A stretch of 64,000 nucleotides of DNA from NCBI GenBank assembly GCA_002269645.1, contig NIVC01002069.1:143255-207254 (forward strand), written 5' to 3'. The stretch is from Macrostomum lignano. Its lineage: Eukaryota. The translations under genes and the position numbers were made by a program. A model generated the notes under the pieces. It worked only from the letters and a program-made list of their open reading frames with translations. It was not told the DNA's origin and ran no database searches. Below are positions 1 through 11,750 of the stretch, piece after piece (positions within the stretch are counted from its first letter, which is position 1; every line of letters starts with the position of its first letter).

Positions 1-2
1 TT

Positions 3-986
3 AGGGCCACTGTAACACTCCTGTGTGAGTGTGTGCCTGTGCGTATGACTGCGTACGTACATGTATCCGCACGCTTGTGTGCCTGCTCAGGGGAGTCGGC
101 GGAATGGGCAGCAATGCCTCTCGCCGGTTGTGCGACAATGTCGCTTAAAGTGCGCCAGGGTGCACACAGTCTTCCTGCATCTAACAAAAAAATACATAAG
201 AGGTACGTCAATATTCAATATCCATTTCAATGGCTTTGACCTATACTCAGCAACAGTCAAAAGTTCCACCCCACTAAGCGAGATGATTTTTTCACTTATT
301 GCGAGTGACGCAACCTACGGCATGCGCAAAGCTTATTGCCGCTTGGGGGTGACTTGGGTCTGCTTAATGGTCCAAGGCCTGCATGGGCATTAAGCAGACC
401 CAAGCCCAGGAACAACGCCCCGCCACACCAAGCCGATGCAGTTAGTCAACTGAAGGAACAGCTACAGCTGCGCACTCTGCGCTGGCCTTCCCGGTCCCCA
501 GACATGAATCCCATCGAGCATGTCTGGGACTTCCTAGAACGTACCATTCGAAAAGAGAATCCACCATAGAATGTTGCGGAGAGCTCTGCGTCATGCCATT
601 GAAAACGCTTCGGAGCGGCTTTACCAGGACTTTCTGCTCCGCATCATCATTGGGATGCCCCGCAGAATCGTCGCACTTCTGCGTGCGAGGGGATCCCACA
701 CGCATCGCGATTCTAACTGAATATTGCATAAAAAATTTATGATTTTACTGATAGTCAATCAACTTTCCCTTCCTCGCGGCGGCTTAGTTGCGTAACTTGA
801 GGGTGAATTGTGAGTGTGAAGTTTTCGCAATTTGGAGGGAGGAACTTTTGACTGTTGCTGAGTATATACCTATTGTTGTTGCTATCTAAACAAGATCAGC
901 TCACAGTATTCAGCATAGCGTGTTCACCTGAGCGCCAAAACTGCACGCACTCATACACACACTCACACAGGGTGTACAGCGGCCCT
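3..986. mobile_element. Inverted-repeat-bounded DNA transposon remnant (~985 bp)
   Basis: Left end agggccactgtaacactcctgtgtgagtgtgtg (3-35) is an imperfect reverse complement of the right end cacacactcacacagggtgtacagcggccct (~956-986). It encloses a Tc1 transposase fragment. Confidence 0.65.
395..720 (+). pseudogene. Tc1/mariner (DD34E) transposase C-terminal fragment, disrupted
   Basis: Translation (Q)(D)NAPPH...LRWPSRSPDMNPIEHVWDFL has 34 residues between the D position and E. After a stop and frameshift it continues IIGMPRRIVALLRARGSHTRF*, the typical Tc1 C-terminus. There is a 1-nt insertion at the D codon. Confidence 0.9.
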
Positions 987-990
987 TTAG

Positions 991-1135
991 CATGTACACT
1001 CTGTAACGGGGTTGGGCCTCTTCATGGCTTGTGAAATTTTGAGTACACAAGCCCCAAATTAGTGTGTTTACGCACAGAATCGAACCTGCTGGGGTCGTGA
1101 CGAAAGAGTCAGAATGGTTTTGCCGCCGAACTGCG
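991..1135 (-). mobile_element. Degenerate tRNA-derived SINE-like element (family B)
   Basis: B-box GGTTCGATT on the minus strand (aatcgaacc, 1078-1086). Colinear with 33771-33812 plus 34135-34240. Confidence 0.55.
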
Positions 1136-2974
1136 CTGCCATTATATATTAAAAAACCTCATCAGAGAGAGACCGAAGTTTAGTCGAAATCACACAGATA
1201 ATTAGCTCGTAGTTACATCTCTCAAAGTCACGGTTAAGCAAAAAAAGACAACAGAAATGGAGAAAAAAACTATCAAAGCAGGAATTTAGCATACTTTCTA
1301 AGCAACTCACATGCAATCATTAGAAGTTCATCATCAACACTAGTACTGAAGCACTTGTGTCAAAACACTTCGGTATCATCAACCTAGATAGAAACAAAAT
1401 TATTTTGAAATAAATCAAACAGAAAAAACAGATTCAAATTAAATTAAACAAAAAACACCAACAACGATGTTGTAAGAAAATTTTTCTATTTCGAATTTAT
1501 TGGAAATTGAAAAATTACAATATCTCATATGCAGATACTACTCGTATCATTTTAGTAGTGCAAATTATTTCATTTGAAATAAAAAACTATAAAAATATTC
1601 TTTATTGTTTGCCAAAATATACAAATATGGGCCTATATAATACTATTAGTAATGATATATACTGAATTTTAAGTACAATGGAATACGAAACTTTAAACCA
1701 AAAGCCTGATTAAGAATGCATGCATACACGATAATTAATAATTAAAAATATTCTTCGGCACACTAAATAATTGATCTATGTAAGTCACATTCCAGAAAGT
1801 AATGAGTACTACTAATAGTAATGCTGCAGATAATAAACACAATTTGAAATAATTACATATTCTGATTTTACTGAATATAACTGACCAGAATTTTACTGAG
1901 AAAATAAGGAATCAGTAGTGCCGCTATTTGAGCAAAATATGAATTTAAAATAAAACATGTTCACTCTAGAAAGGTTTCGAAATTGAAATCATTAACAATA
2001 TAAGTAGTATAAAAATTGTTTTATTTAATTAGGAAAGACACAATCAATTAACACATACAGAAGTGAATTTTTGTCTAATACAAATATACATCGAATACTA
2101 TGTACTGATTACTAATAGTAAGATGTCAGGTAATTTCCGATATTATGGACTATTCCATAGCTTGTAAAGATTTCTACCACCCACTTTTTTACTTTTATAC
2201 TACTAAGAAGGCAATTTATTTATTATGGTTGTACATAATGAAGACCTAGTTAAGTTTCTTTCTATCGTCTAGTCTGTGACAGTGCAGCTTAGAGTGACGA
2301 GCTGTCTATTTGATTGACACTTTCTATCAAATTGATTAGCTTTATTGTTTAAGGCCGAATGCAGACTGTTGGCAGCACATATACGAGAATAACTAGATGT
2401 GCCACTTAGCATATTTGCGTGTAAGCTACTTTCAACTCAGTAGTAAGTTAAACAGAAGTATTTTAATGTATTTTTAAAGCCCAGGCTTATTCGTTACCAC
2501 TTTCACCCCACTTACACTTTCAAAGTAGAACCTATGGAACGAATTTGCATTGTGTCTATGGTACAATCTATCTAATCTTTCTTGAATAAGATTTTCAACT
2601 CTGGATAGCCCAATGAAAACGGTATCAAGGCCAAGAAGCGTTTCAAAGTCGTCGCAGTTCACAGGAAAAATCGAAAAGAGTGACTCCAAACGACTCTGAA
2701 ATCAGTCACCAAAGAGTCGCCTAAGAGCCAATTTTAAGCGTTTTAGTTTCTGCGACTCTGGGGTAACGAAAGGTGACTCTGGGGCCGTAGAGTCGTATAT
2801 CTAGAGTCTGAGACTCGCATTATGCATTTTATGACAGCTGTTTAGTCTACGCAAGTGAGTAGAAATTTAAGCTCTAACACAACGACTCTTAGACAAAATT
2901 TTCCCAACTCTTACGATTCTGTAACTCGCGCGATGCGCTCTCGTGACAGAACAGTCACCTCTCCGTCGCGGGTG

Positions 2975-3215
2975 GGTTTCACAAACGCGAAATTTCACAA
3001 CCGCTAAAAGCACTTGCTTTCGTAAACGCGAAACTTCACAATTGCAAAACTTCACAACCGCTAAAAAGACTGCCGTATATGAAAGTAAGTGCAAAAATTT
3101 TAGCGGTTGTGAAGTTTCGCGGTTGTAAAAGTAGATGACATTTAGCGGCTGTGAAGTTTCGCGTTTATGAAAGGTGATTTAGCGGTTGTAAAATTTCGCG
3201 TATGTGAAAGCAACC
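2975..3215. mobile_element. Foldback/MITE-like palindromic element
   Basis: Arms made of repeated gaaa(c/t)ttcacaaccgctaaa units; the left half is the reverse complement of the right half. Confidence 0.75.
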
Positions 3216-3346
3216 CTCCGTCGCATTGCAGTCGTTTGATGTCGTTAAAAAGCCCATAGTCACTAGTTGAGTTGTTTGCAATGGATATTTAGCAATTCTT
3301 GTCAAGGTAACGTTTTCAACGGATGTTCGCTATTATCTACATAAGA

Positions 3347-6300
3347 TTAATCTACATCGCCGGGTGACTGAGACTGGCCACTCTGATCAGTGTTACTAGC
3401 TGGCATCAGACTGTAGTACGATGGATCAGCCAATAGCTGAGTAGCTGCGGTAACGCTTGGATTTGGAGAACTATCATCAATTGTGTCTAAGATGACAGTT
3501 GATGGTTGATCGACTGCACTGTCCGAGTTGTTGGACACAATTTCTGCGCAAATGTTAGTGCAAGGTGATGTTACAGTACGTTGGAATTAGTAAAGGCTAA
3601 AAATTTGATTACTATTTTTTATAAGTGGAACATTTTTATATTTCTATTGTAAGTAGAAAATCGAGGAACTGTTAAGTATAATAATTATAACTCGTACATT
3701 TGTATCTCTACATTAATCGCAAACACCATAATTTTTTTCGCAAATTTTGCAATTCCAACGTCCTTAGATATGCTAGTAGAGTAAATACAACTGTTATAAA
3801 ATGTGTAATAATGTTTTCTGCAAAGAATTTGCAAGACTTCACATTGAAAAGTTCCATTATCTATAATAATTTATAGGGGGCCATAGACAGTGCTAGCTAC
3901 TACTTAAACTTCTCTAACTATATTACTACATCTAACTACACTAATACTATACAAATGTGCTGAAAATACTACTAGCTAATTAACTACTCACCAGCCGAGT
4001 CGCAAACAGAGTCCACTTTAACAAGATCTGAACTGTCATTCGAAGAATCTGGCCGACGATTGGAATTCTCTGAACCTGCGGAAGCAGTGGCGACGGGGGC
4101 GGCGGCGGCGGCGGCAGGAGCTGACTGATCAGCCGAGGTGAGAGTGGCGGCTGAGCTGGCAGACTGCTGCACAATACGATCGACTTCTGTTAACGAATGA
4201 AAGACAAAAATTCAACTCTAAATGTGCATTCAAGATTCGAGATGAAAACGGTTACTGATAAAAAATGAGCTGATGACCAACTGCGTTTTATTGGAGAAAT
4301 GTATGAAACTTTAGTACAAGTATATTGATTATTTGCATTTATAAGATTGTTTTAAATACAGCTATGCATATTGAAATTTCATGGTAGTGCTTGACGATAT
4401 CAAGTGTTGAAAACAGCCCAGCAACTGAGGATCTGGGAGGCTGTTGGCCCAGCAACTGAGGATCTGGGAGGCTGGCCTAGCAACTGAGGATCTGGGAGGC
4501 TGGCTCAGCAACTGAGGATCTGGGAGGCTGTTGGCCCAGCAACTGAGGATCTGGGAGGCTGGCTCAGCAACTGAGGATCTGGGAGGCTGTTGGCCCAGCA
4601 ACTGAGGATCTGGAGGCTGGCTCAGCAACTGAGGATCTGGGAGGCTGTTGGCCAGCAACTGAGGATCTGGGAGGCTGGCTCAGCAACTGAGGATCTGGGA
4701 GGCTGTTGGCCAGCAACTGAGGATCTGGGAGGCTGGGCCAGCAACTGAGGATCTGGGAGGCTGGCTCAGCAACTGAGGATCTGGGAGGCTGTTGGCCCAG
4801 CAACTGAGGATCTGGGAGGCTGGCCCAGCAACTGGGATTTGGGAGGCTGGCTCAGCAACTGAGGATCTGGGAGGCTGTTGGCCCAGCAACTGAGGATCTG
4901 GGAGGCTGGCTCAGCAACTGAGGATCTGGGAGGCTGGCTCAGCAACTGAGGATCTGGGAGGCTGGCTCAGCAACTGAGGATCTGGGAGGCTGGGCCAGCA
5001 ACTGAGGATCTGGGAGGCTGTTGGCCCAGCAACTGAGGATCTGGGAGGCTCCAGCAACTGAGGATCTGGGAGGCTGGCCAGCAACTGAGGATTGGGAGGC
5101 TGTGGCCCAGCAACTGAGGATTGGGAGGCTGGGAGCAACTGAGGATTGGGAGGCTGGCCAGCAACTGAGGATTTGGGAGGCTGGATGGCCCAGCAACTGA
5201 GGATATGGGAGGCCGGCTCAGCAACTGAGGATTTGGGAGGCTGGATGGCCCAGCAACTGGGGATCTGAGAGGCTGGAGTTGTTAGAGCAACGGAGTGTGA
5301 GGGCACATTATAATTTTTAATTTAGTGCCATGCAATTTAGAATTTCACATCTAACCCTGTACAACATAGTAAAAGTATCTTGAAATAAAATGATTTAGAT
5401 AAAGTCGCATTAGAAAGGTAAAAAGGTACACCGAAAAAATTTAGCAACCTTTCCAGTGCAGAACTCCAACAGTGAGATGAAAATCTTCTGGAAATAAAGA
5501 TAGCAGATTCATACAGACGGATGGGGACCACAGATGAGATTTTAATAAAAATAGTTTGCATATTTTCAGTTTCTGTACGAACACAAGCTGCAGTCAAGTT
5601 CGAAGCTCTCTCATTGGCTGAGCTAGATTGGGCCTGCCCCTAAGTTTCGTTTGTCTGAATTTGACCTCTCTCCGTACTGCTCTCTCATTGGCTAAGCTAG
5701 ATTGGGCCTGCCCCCTGGACTGAGTTTCGTTTGTCTGAATTTGACTTCTCTCCGTACTGCTCTCTGATTGGCTGAGCTAGATTGGGCCTGAGTTTTGTCA
5801 GTCTTGTTTTCATTTGTTGTTCAAATGCTTGTTGTTCATTCTTAACCTCCTATGCTCCTGAGGCCGCGAGCTCCCAAAAAGGAAGATTAATTATAGCCAT
5901 CACAAATAATTTAAGTGACACAGCGCAGACAAAACTACTAAAACAAGAGTAGACGCTTTACTTTTTAAACAATAATCCATCGAAATAAATTTTTATATTT
6001 ACCGGTGTAGCCGAATGCCTCGCTAGCTAATTCTGATTGACAGTCTGGCGATGGCGCCCTGTAGGCTACGGTGTCCTCGTCGAACTCCTGGGCCTCGATT
6101 TCGTAGGCATCATCGTTGACTGAGACTCGCTGCCTGAGAATACAAGTGAGCACAGGATCGCAGGTTAGATGTTTTTCTCCGGTGTGAAACACTTTTTGGT
6201 GAAATGACGTCATTCTTAACTAATATTTGAGATACATCCTTATTTGAGATTCAATGCTAACAAAAATGACGTCATCATTTCTAATTTGGGATTCCATCCC

Positions 6301-9300
6301 ATGCTAACAAAATGACGTCATTATTCCTAATTTGGGATGCCATACTAACAAAATGACGCCATTACTCCTAATTTGGGAATTTAGGCTAATGAAATGACGT
6401 CATTATTCCTAATTTGGGATTCCATGCTAACGAAATGACGTCATTATTCCAAATTTGGGATTCCATGCTAACTTAACGACGTCATTATTCCTAATTTGGG
6501 ATTCCATGCTAACGAAATGACGTCACTATTCCAAATTTGGGATTCCATGCTAACTTAACGACGTCATTTTACTCTATTGTATAATTTTCATGTCTGCAAA
6601 CCAAATAAAGAAGGGTTGTTTTTTTAACTAAAATTCGATTTATAGAAGTCATTTTAAATTAATATATAGAAAAAATGAAAACTCACAGTGGTTCAGAGTC
6701 CTGTCTATGAAGCTGGGGTAGTCTAGGCCTAGTGACTCCATCACCGGCATGCACTGTAGCAGCAGCACCGCTACTAGCACTGGCAGCCAATTGTCTATTG
6801 TACTGCTCCTGTAGCAAAGTGAGTTGCACCTGCAATTCCAGCACTATATTTTCGTACTGTTTAATCTCGTTCGCGTGTTCAGTATTGGCAGTTTGCCGAG
6901 CTGTAGTCGCAGCTTCGCGCTCTTCAATTAATCGCTTGTTTAGCTGCAAGAAATTCAAAATAGGCTCAGAGCTGCAAATCAATGCCAAATACTTATCTTA
7001 ATTATCATATAAAAAATGTGCTCTAAGCTGGTGTACTAGTAATAGATAACGTATAATCAGTTGGTCAGCTGGTCTGATCCACCGCTTTTTTGACTCTTCA
7101 TCACTCTTTGTCAGCTGGTCTTATCCACCGCTTTGTTGACTCTTCATCACTCTTTGTCAGCTGGTCTTATCCACCGCTTTGTTGACTCTTCATCACTCTT
7201 TGTCAGCTGGTCTTATCCACAGCTTTGTTGACTCTTCATCACTCTTTGTCAGCTGGTCTTATCCACAGCTTTGTTGACTCTTCATCACTCTTTGTCAGCT
7301 GGTCTTATCCACAGCTTTGTTGACTCTTCATCACTCTTTGTCAGCTGGTCTTAGCCACCGCTTTGTTGAGTCTTTATCACTCTTTGTCAGCTGGTCTTAG
7401 CCACCGCTTTGTTGAGTCTTTATCACTCTTTGTCAGCCGGTCTTAGCCACCGCTTTGTTGAGTCTTTATCACTCTTTGTCAGCCGGTCTTAGCCACCGCT
7501 TTGTTGAGTCTTTATCACTCTTTGTCAGCCGGTCTTAGCCACCGCTTTGTTGAGTCTTTATCACTCTTTGTCAGCCGGTCTTAGCCACCGCTTTGTTGAG
7601 TCTTCATTAATCTTTGTCATCAGCTGGTCGTAACCATCGGCATTTGAGTCTTCATCACTTTTTGTCAACGGGTCTTACCCCCCCCCCCGGTTTTTAGTGT
7701 ATTTATCAGCACTTACTATTTATCACTGACCTTAGTTATGGAATATGGACACAAATACTTTTATACTTATCTATAAGAGATTTGTGTGCATTATATACTC
7801 GTACTTTACTTGTTACTTATTAGTAGGCGATGTTTCAAACTTACTGTCCGGTTTTTTATCTACTGAACTCACCTCCTCTAGGTAGGATTTCTGTTCGGCA
7901 GTTCGCTTTAACTGCGCTTCAATCCGGAGGTATCTGGCTCGCCAGTCGCAGTGCGCACAGTCAGATAGAGGAGTCTCAGACTCTGCTGAAGCCGCCGCCT
8001 CAGTTAGTGCTTCAGCCTCTGGCGAGCTGGCATCGGTGGCCAATTCAATCTGATCGTCTAGTTTAGCCTCGTCCAATACTAGCAGATGCATATGAGCTGC
8101 ATAGTTAATTGGACAGGTGCGGGGATAGCAGAGCTCTTCTAATAGTTTCGGACAGCGAAGGTCAAAGCTGAGATCCAGAGCGTCTAAGCCAGCTAACTGG
8201 GAGACCAGAGCCACCGCATCTGGACAACGAAATACCGAGTCCTCAAAATAGTGCAGTCTGTAAGGATATGATAATATAACATTATAACCTTTGCATCTAG
8301 CTTCTAATCATATCTATATAACTGCCTGCAATTCCAGGTAGATAAATACCTGTAGCAATCCCAGAGGTCGGAGTCTAGCTATGAATATTGAGCTTGACAA
8401 CGAAGACAGACTGCCCTAATACCGTCAGTTATAATCTGCCTTCACTAGCATTCACAAGTGACACAATATGTCACATTGCCACTGTGCCAAGAGTGAAGGA
8501 CAATTACAGGTAGATAAATACCTGTAGCAATCCCAGAGGTCGGAGTCTAGCTATGAATATTGAGCTTGACAACGAAGACAGACTGCCCTAATACCGTCAG
8601 TTATAATCTGCCTTCACTAGCATTCACAAGTGACACAATATGTCACATTGCCACTGTGCCAAGAGTGAAGGACAATTACAGGTAGGTAAATACCTGTAGC
8701 AATCCCAGAGGTCGGAGTCTAGCTACGAATATTGAGCTCGACAACGAAGACAGACTGCATTGATACCGTCAGTTATAATCTGCCTTCACTAGCATTCACA
8801 AGTGACACAATAATGCCACTGTGCCAAGAGTGAAGGACAATTACAGGTAGGTAAATACCTGTAGCAATCCCAGAGGTCGGAGTCTAGCTATGAATATTGA
8901 GCTTGACAACGAAGACAGACTGCCCTAATACCGTCAGTTATAATCTGCCTTCACTAGCATTCACAAGTGACACAATAATGCCACTGTGCCAAGAGTGAAG
9001 GACAATTACAGGTAGGTAAATACCTGTAGCAATCCCAGAGGTCGGAGTCTAGCTATGAATATTGAGCTTGACAACGAAGACAGACTGCCCTAATACCGTC
9101 AGTTATAATCTACCTTCACTAGCATTCACAAGTGACACAATATGTCACATTGCCACTGTGCCAAGAGTGAAGGACAATTACAGGTAGATAAATACCTGTA
9201 GCAATCCCAGAGGTCGGAGTCTAGCTATGAATATTGAGCTTGACAACGAAGACAGACTGCATTGATACCGTCAGTTATAATCTGCCTTCACTAGCATTCA

Positions 9301-11088
9301 CAAGTGACGCAATTGTATTAGCGAAGTCACTGTGCCAAGAGTGAAGGACAATTACAGGTAGGTAAATACCTGTAGCAATCCCAGAGGTCGGAGTCTAGCT
9401 ACGAATATTGAGCTCGACAACGAAGACAGACTGCATTGATACCGTCAGTTATAATCTGCCTTCACTAGCATTCACAAGTGACACAATAATGCCACTGTGC
9501 CAAGAGTGAAGGACAATTACAGGTAGGTAAATACCTGTAGCAATCCCAGAGGTCGGAGTCTAGCTATGAATATTGAGCTTGACAACGAAGACAGACTGCC
9601 CTAATACCGTCAGTTATAATCTACCTTCACTAGCATTCACAAGTGACACAATAATGCCACTGTGCCAAGAGTGAAGGACAATTACAGGTAGGTAAATACC
9701 TGTAGCAATCCCAGAGGTCGGAGTCTAGCTATGAATATTGAGCTTGACAACGAAGACAGACTGCCCTAATACCGTCAGTTATAATCTGCCTTCACTAGCA
9801 TTCACAAGTGACACAATATGTCACATTGCCACTGTGCCAAGAGTGAAGGACAATTACAGGTAGGTAAATACCTGTAGCAATCCCAGAGGTCGGAGTCTAG
9901 CTACGAATATTGAGCTCGACAACGAAGACAGACTGCATTGATACCGTCAGTTATAATCTGCCTTCAGTAGCATTCACAAGTGACACAATAATGCCACTGT
10001 GCCAAGAGTGAAGGACAATTACAGGTAGGTAAATACCTGTAGCAATCCCAGAGGTCGGAGTCTAGCTATGAATATTGAGCTTGACAACGAAGACAGACTG
10101 CCCTAATACCGTCAGTTATAATCTGCCTTCACTAGCATTCACAAGTGACACAATATGTCACATTGCCACTGTGCCAAGAGTGAAGGACAATTACAGGTAG
10201 GTAAATACCTGTAGCAATCCCAGAGGTCGGAGTCTAGCTACGAATATTGAGCTCGACAACGAAGACAGACTGCATTGATACCGTCAGTTATAATCTGCCT
10301 TCACTAGCATTCACAAGTGACGCAATTGTATTAGCGAAGTCACTGTGCCAAGAGTGAAGAACAATCCAAAATAGGATTAGGATTTAGGGCTGACTTAAAC
10401 CACAGTATATTAATGTGAATTATTTTGATGAAAAACATAAAATCACCAACTTACTCAAGGACGGATCGCTTGGCAAGCAGGGTGTCAAGCAGTTGATAAA
10501 GGCACTTATTCATCAAGGCTAATCTGATGGCACCGCGAAACTGCAATGGTAGCAACACAACGGAGTTAAAAATATGCTACTAATAAAAAACACAAATTGA
10601 AGGCTTACCCTCCCGATAAAGTGGTTCAGTTTGTCCAAACTTTCAATAGTTTGAAACAGATTTAAAGTGCCCTTAGAAGTGCAGGACCGAAGTACAGTGT
10701 ATGGATTTCTTTTATTGTCAATGCTACCTATAAATGAATATTATTAAGCAAGAACATTGTATAATTAAACTTAAACATACATAGACTAGCAGTAATACAC
10801 AAAACTCACCCTTGAACTGAAAAAAGAAGATTGTCTCAATAATATTAAGAAGATTTTGCAGATCCAATGACGATTCTTCAACAACTTGAAAGCAGGCTCT
10901 GTCTAATATACTCTTCACACATAGACTGCAATGAAAAATAGATCAAGTGTGAAGTCAGATTTTGTCACATTTTTAAAAGTAATTAAAACAAAATCTTACC
11001 TGCAAACAGTGACTAAATTGTGTCTTGTAATGGCAATTGCTTGAGATGCATGTCTAAGGCTTTGCTTTAGAGCCTGCTTGTCAGCCAT
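3347..11088 (-). CDS. RUNDC3: RUN domain-containing protein, RUNDC3/RPIP8-like (9 coding exons, ~524 aa)
   Basis: Exons 11000-11088, 10810-10925, 10609-10727, 10455-10540, 7873-8257, 6687-6943, 6003-6133, 3992-4186, 3347-3543. All GT-AG with compatible phases, 1575 nt in total. RHNLVTVCSLCVKSILDRACFQVVEESS, GRFRGAIRLALMNKCL, LAGLDALDLSFDL and RTAEQKSYLEEL match my recollection of RUNDC3 motifs ([55 protein letters not shown]). Confidence 0.85.
4397..5280. repeat. Minisatellite, ~25-30-bp unit cagcaactgaggatctgggaggctg
   Basis: Directly visible tandem array in RUNDC3-like intron 7; source of the spurious ORFs at 4362-5306. Confidence 0.95.
5605..5790. repeat. Three copies of a ~70-bp unit with paired ATTGG (CCAAT) boxes
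   Basis: ctctc(a/tga)ttggct(g/a)agctagattgggcctg occurs three times. Confidence 0.8.
6200..6570. repeat. ~41-bp minisatellite containing the TGACGTCA palindrome
   Basis: About 9 units of aaatgacgtcattattcctaatttgggattccatgctaac in intron 6. Confidence 0.9.
7060..7670. repeat. 42-bp minisatellite
   Basis: tcatcactctttgtcagctggtcttatccaccgctttgttgactct repeated ~14 times in intron 5. Confidence 0.95.
8335..10350. repeat. 164-172-bp satellite, ~12 units
   Basis: tacctgtagcaatcccagaggtcggagtctag recurs at ~8347, 8519, 8691, 8856 ... 10206, in intron 4. Confidence 0.95.
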
Positions 11089-11159
11089 GCAATTATTATT
11101 TACATGCAATAGAGAGGTAGTTATATTAAATATTGTTCCGTTTGAAAGCTGTTTAGTTA

Positions 11160-11360
11160 GGGGATTGTAGCCTAGTGGTTAGTGTTAGACTCCCAACTTG
11201 AAGCTTGGGTTTTATTCCTAATTCCATTTGTTAAAAAACTTGTATACTTAAGCAAGGCATTCAACTCTGCATTGCTTCAGTTTACCCAGCTATAAAATGG
11301 GTACTAGCATTAGCTGGGGTAATTGAGGGTGTGTGGCGACCCCCAGTCCAAAGACTGTAT
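11160..11360 (+). mobile_element. Degenerate CORE-like tRNA-SINE (family A)
   Basis: Colinear with the copies at 38010 and 40915 (ttgcttcagtt(t/c)acccagct(a/g)taaaatgggt...attagctggggtaattgagggtgtgtggcgacccc). Confidence 0.8.
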
Positions 11361-11559
11361 ACATGGGATGCCAACCAGTTTAAACCAGTAATGAAAAAAC
11401 TGGTTGTTGGCTATCTGTTTGTCTGGTTTTTGACAGTTTTTTTAATTCCAATTAGGTGACAATTATTTGTTCAATTAGTACTTTTTATATGAAAACAATA
11501 GTACTATATCAAATAATATTTAAAAATCCAACTAACTGACAAAAATGTCATTAACTATA

Positions 11560-11750
11560 GGGCAGAGAGGCAGACTTAAGGGGGCAGAGAGGTAGACTCA
11601 AAGGGCAAAGAAGCAGACTCAAGGGGGCAGAGGCAGACTCAATAAGGGGACAGAGAGGTAGACTCAAAGGGGCAAAGAGGCAGACTCAAGGGAGCAGAGG
11701 AAGACTCAATAAGGGGACAGAATGGTAGACTCAAAGGGAGACTTAAGGTG
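11560..11750. repeat. Purine-rich ~20-bp degenerate tandem repeat (gggcagagaggcagactcaa)
   Basis: Visible tandem units. Confidence 0.75.

Noticed and set aside
1-6. ttaggg at the window start as a telomere
   Set aside because: Single hexamer that is part of the inverted terminus of the 3-986 element.
4270-4320. Hammerhead ribozyme-like CTGATGA...GAAA
   Set aside because: The putative stem II lacks the G-C closing pair and has an extra A before GAAA; no UH cleavage triplet follows the putative stem III.
6150-6213. C2H2 zinc-finger linker-like HQKVFHTGEKHLTC in ORF 5965-6213
   Set aside because: Lies in intron 6 upstream of the used acceptor (6134); no complete finger.
8335-10350. CRISPR-like repeat-spacer array or retrozyme
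   Set aside because: Units are homologous over their whole length (no unique spacers), no cas genes, and no hammerhead core on either strand.
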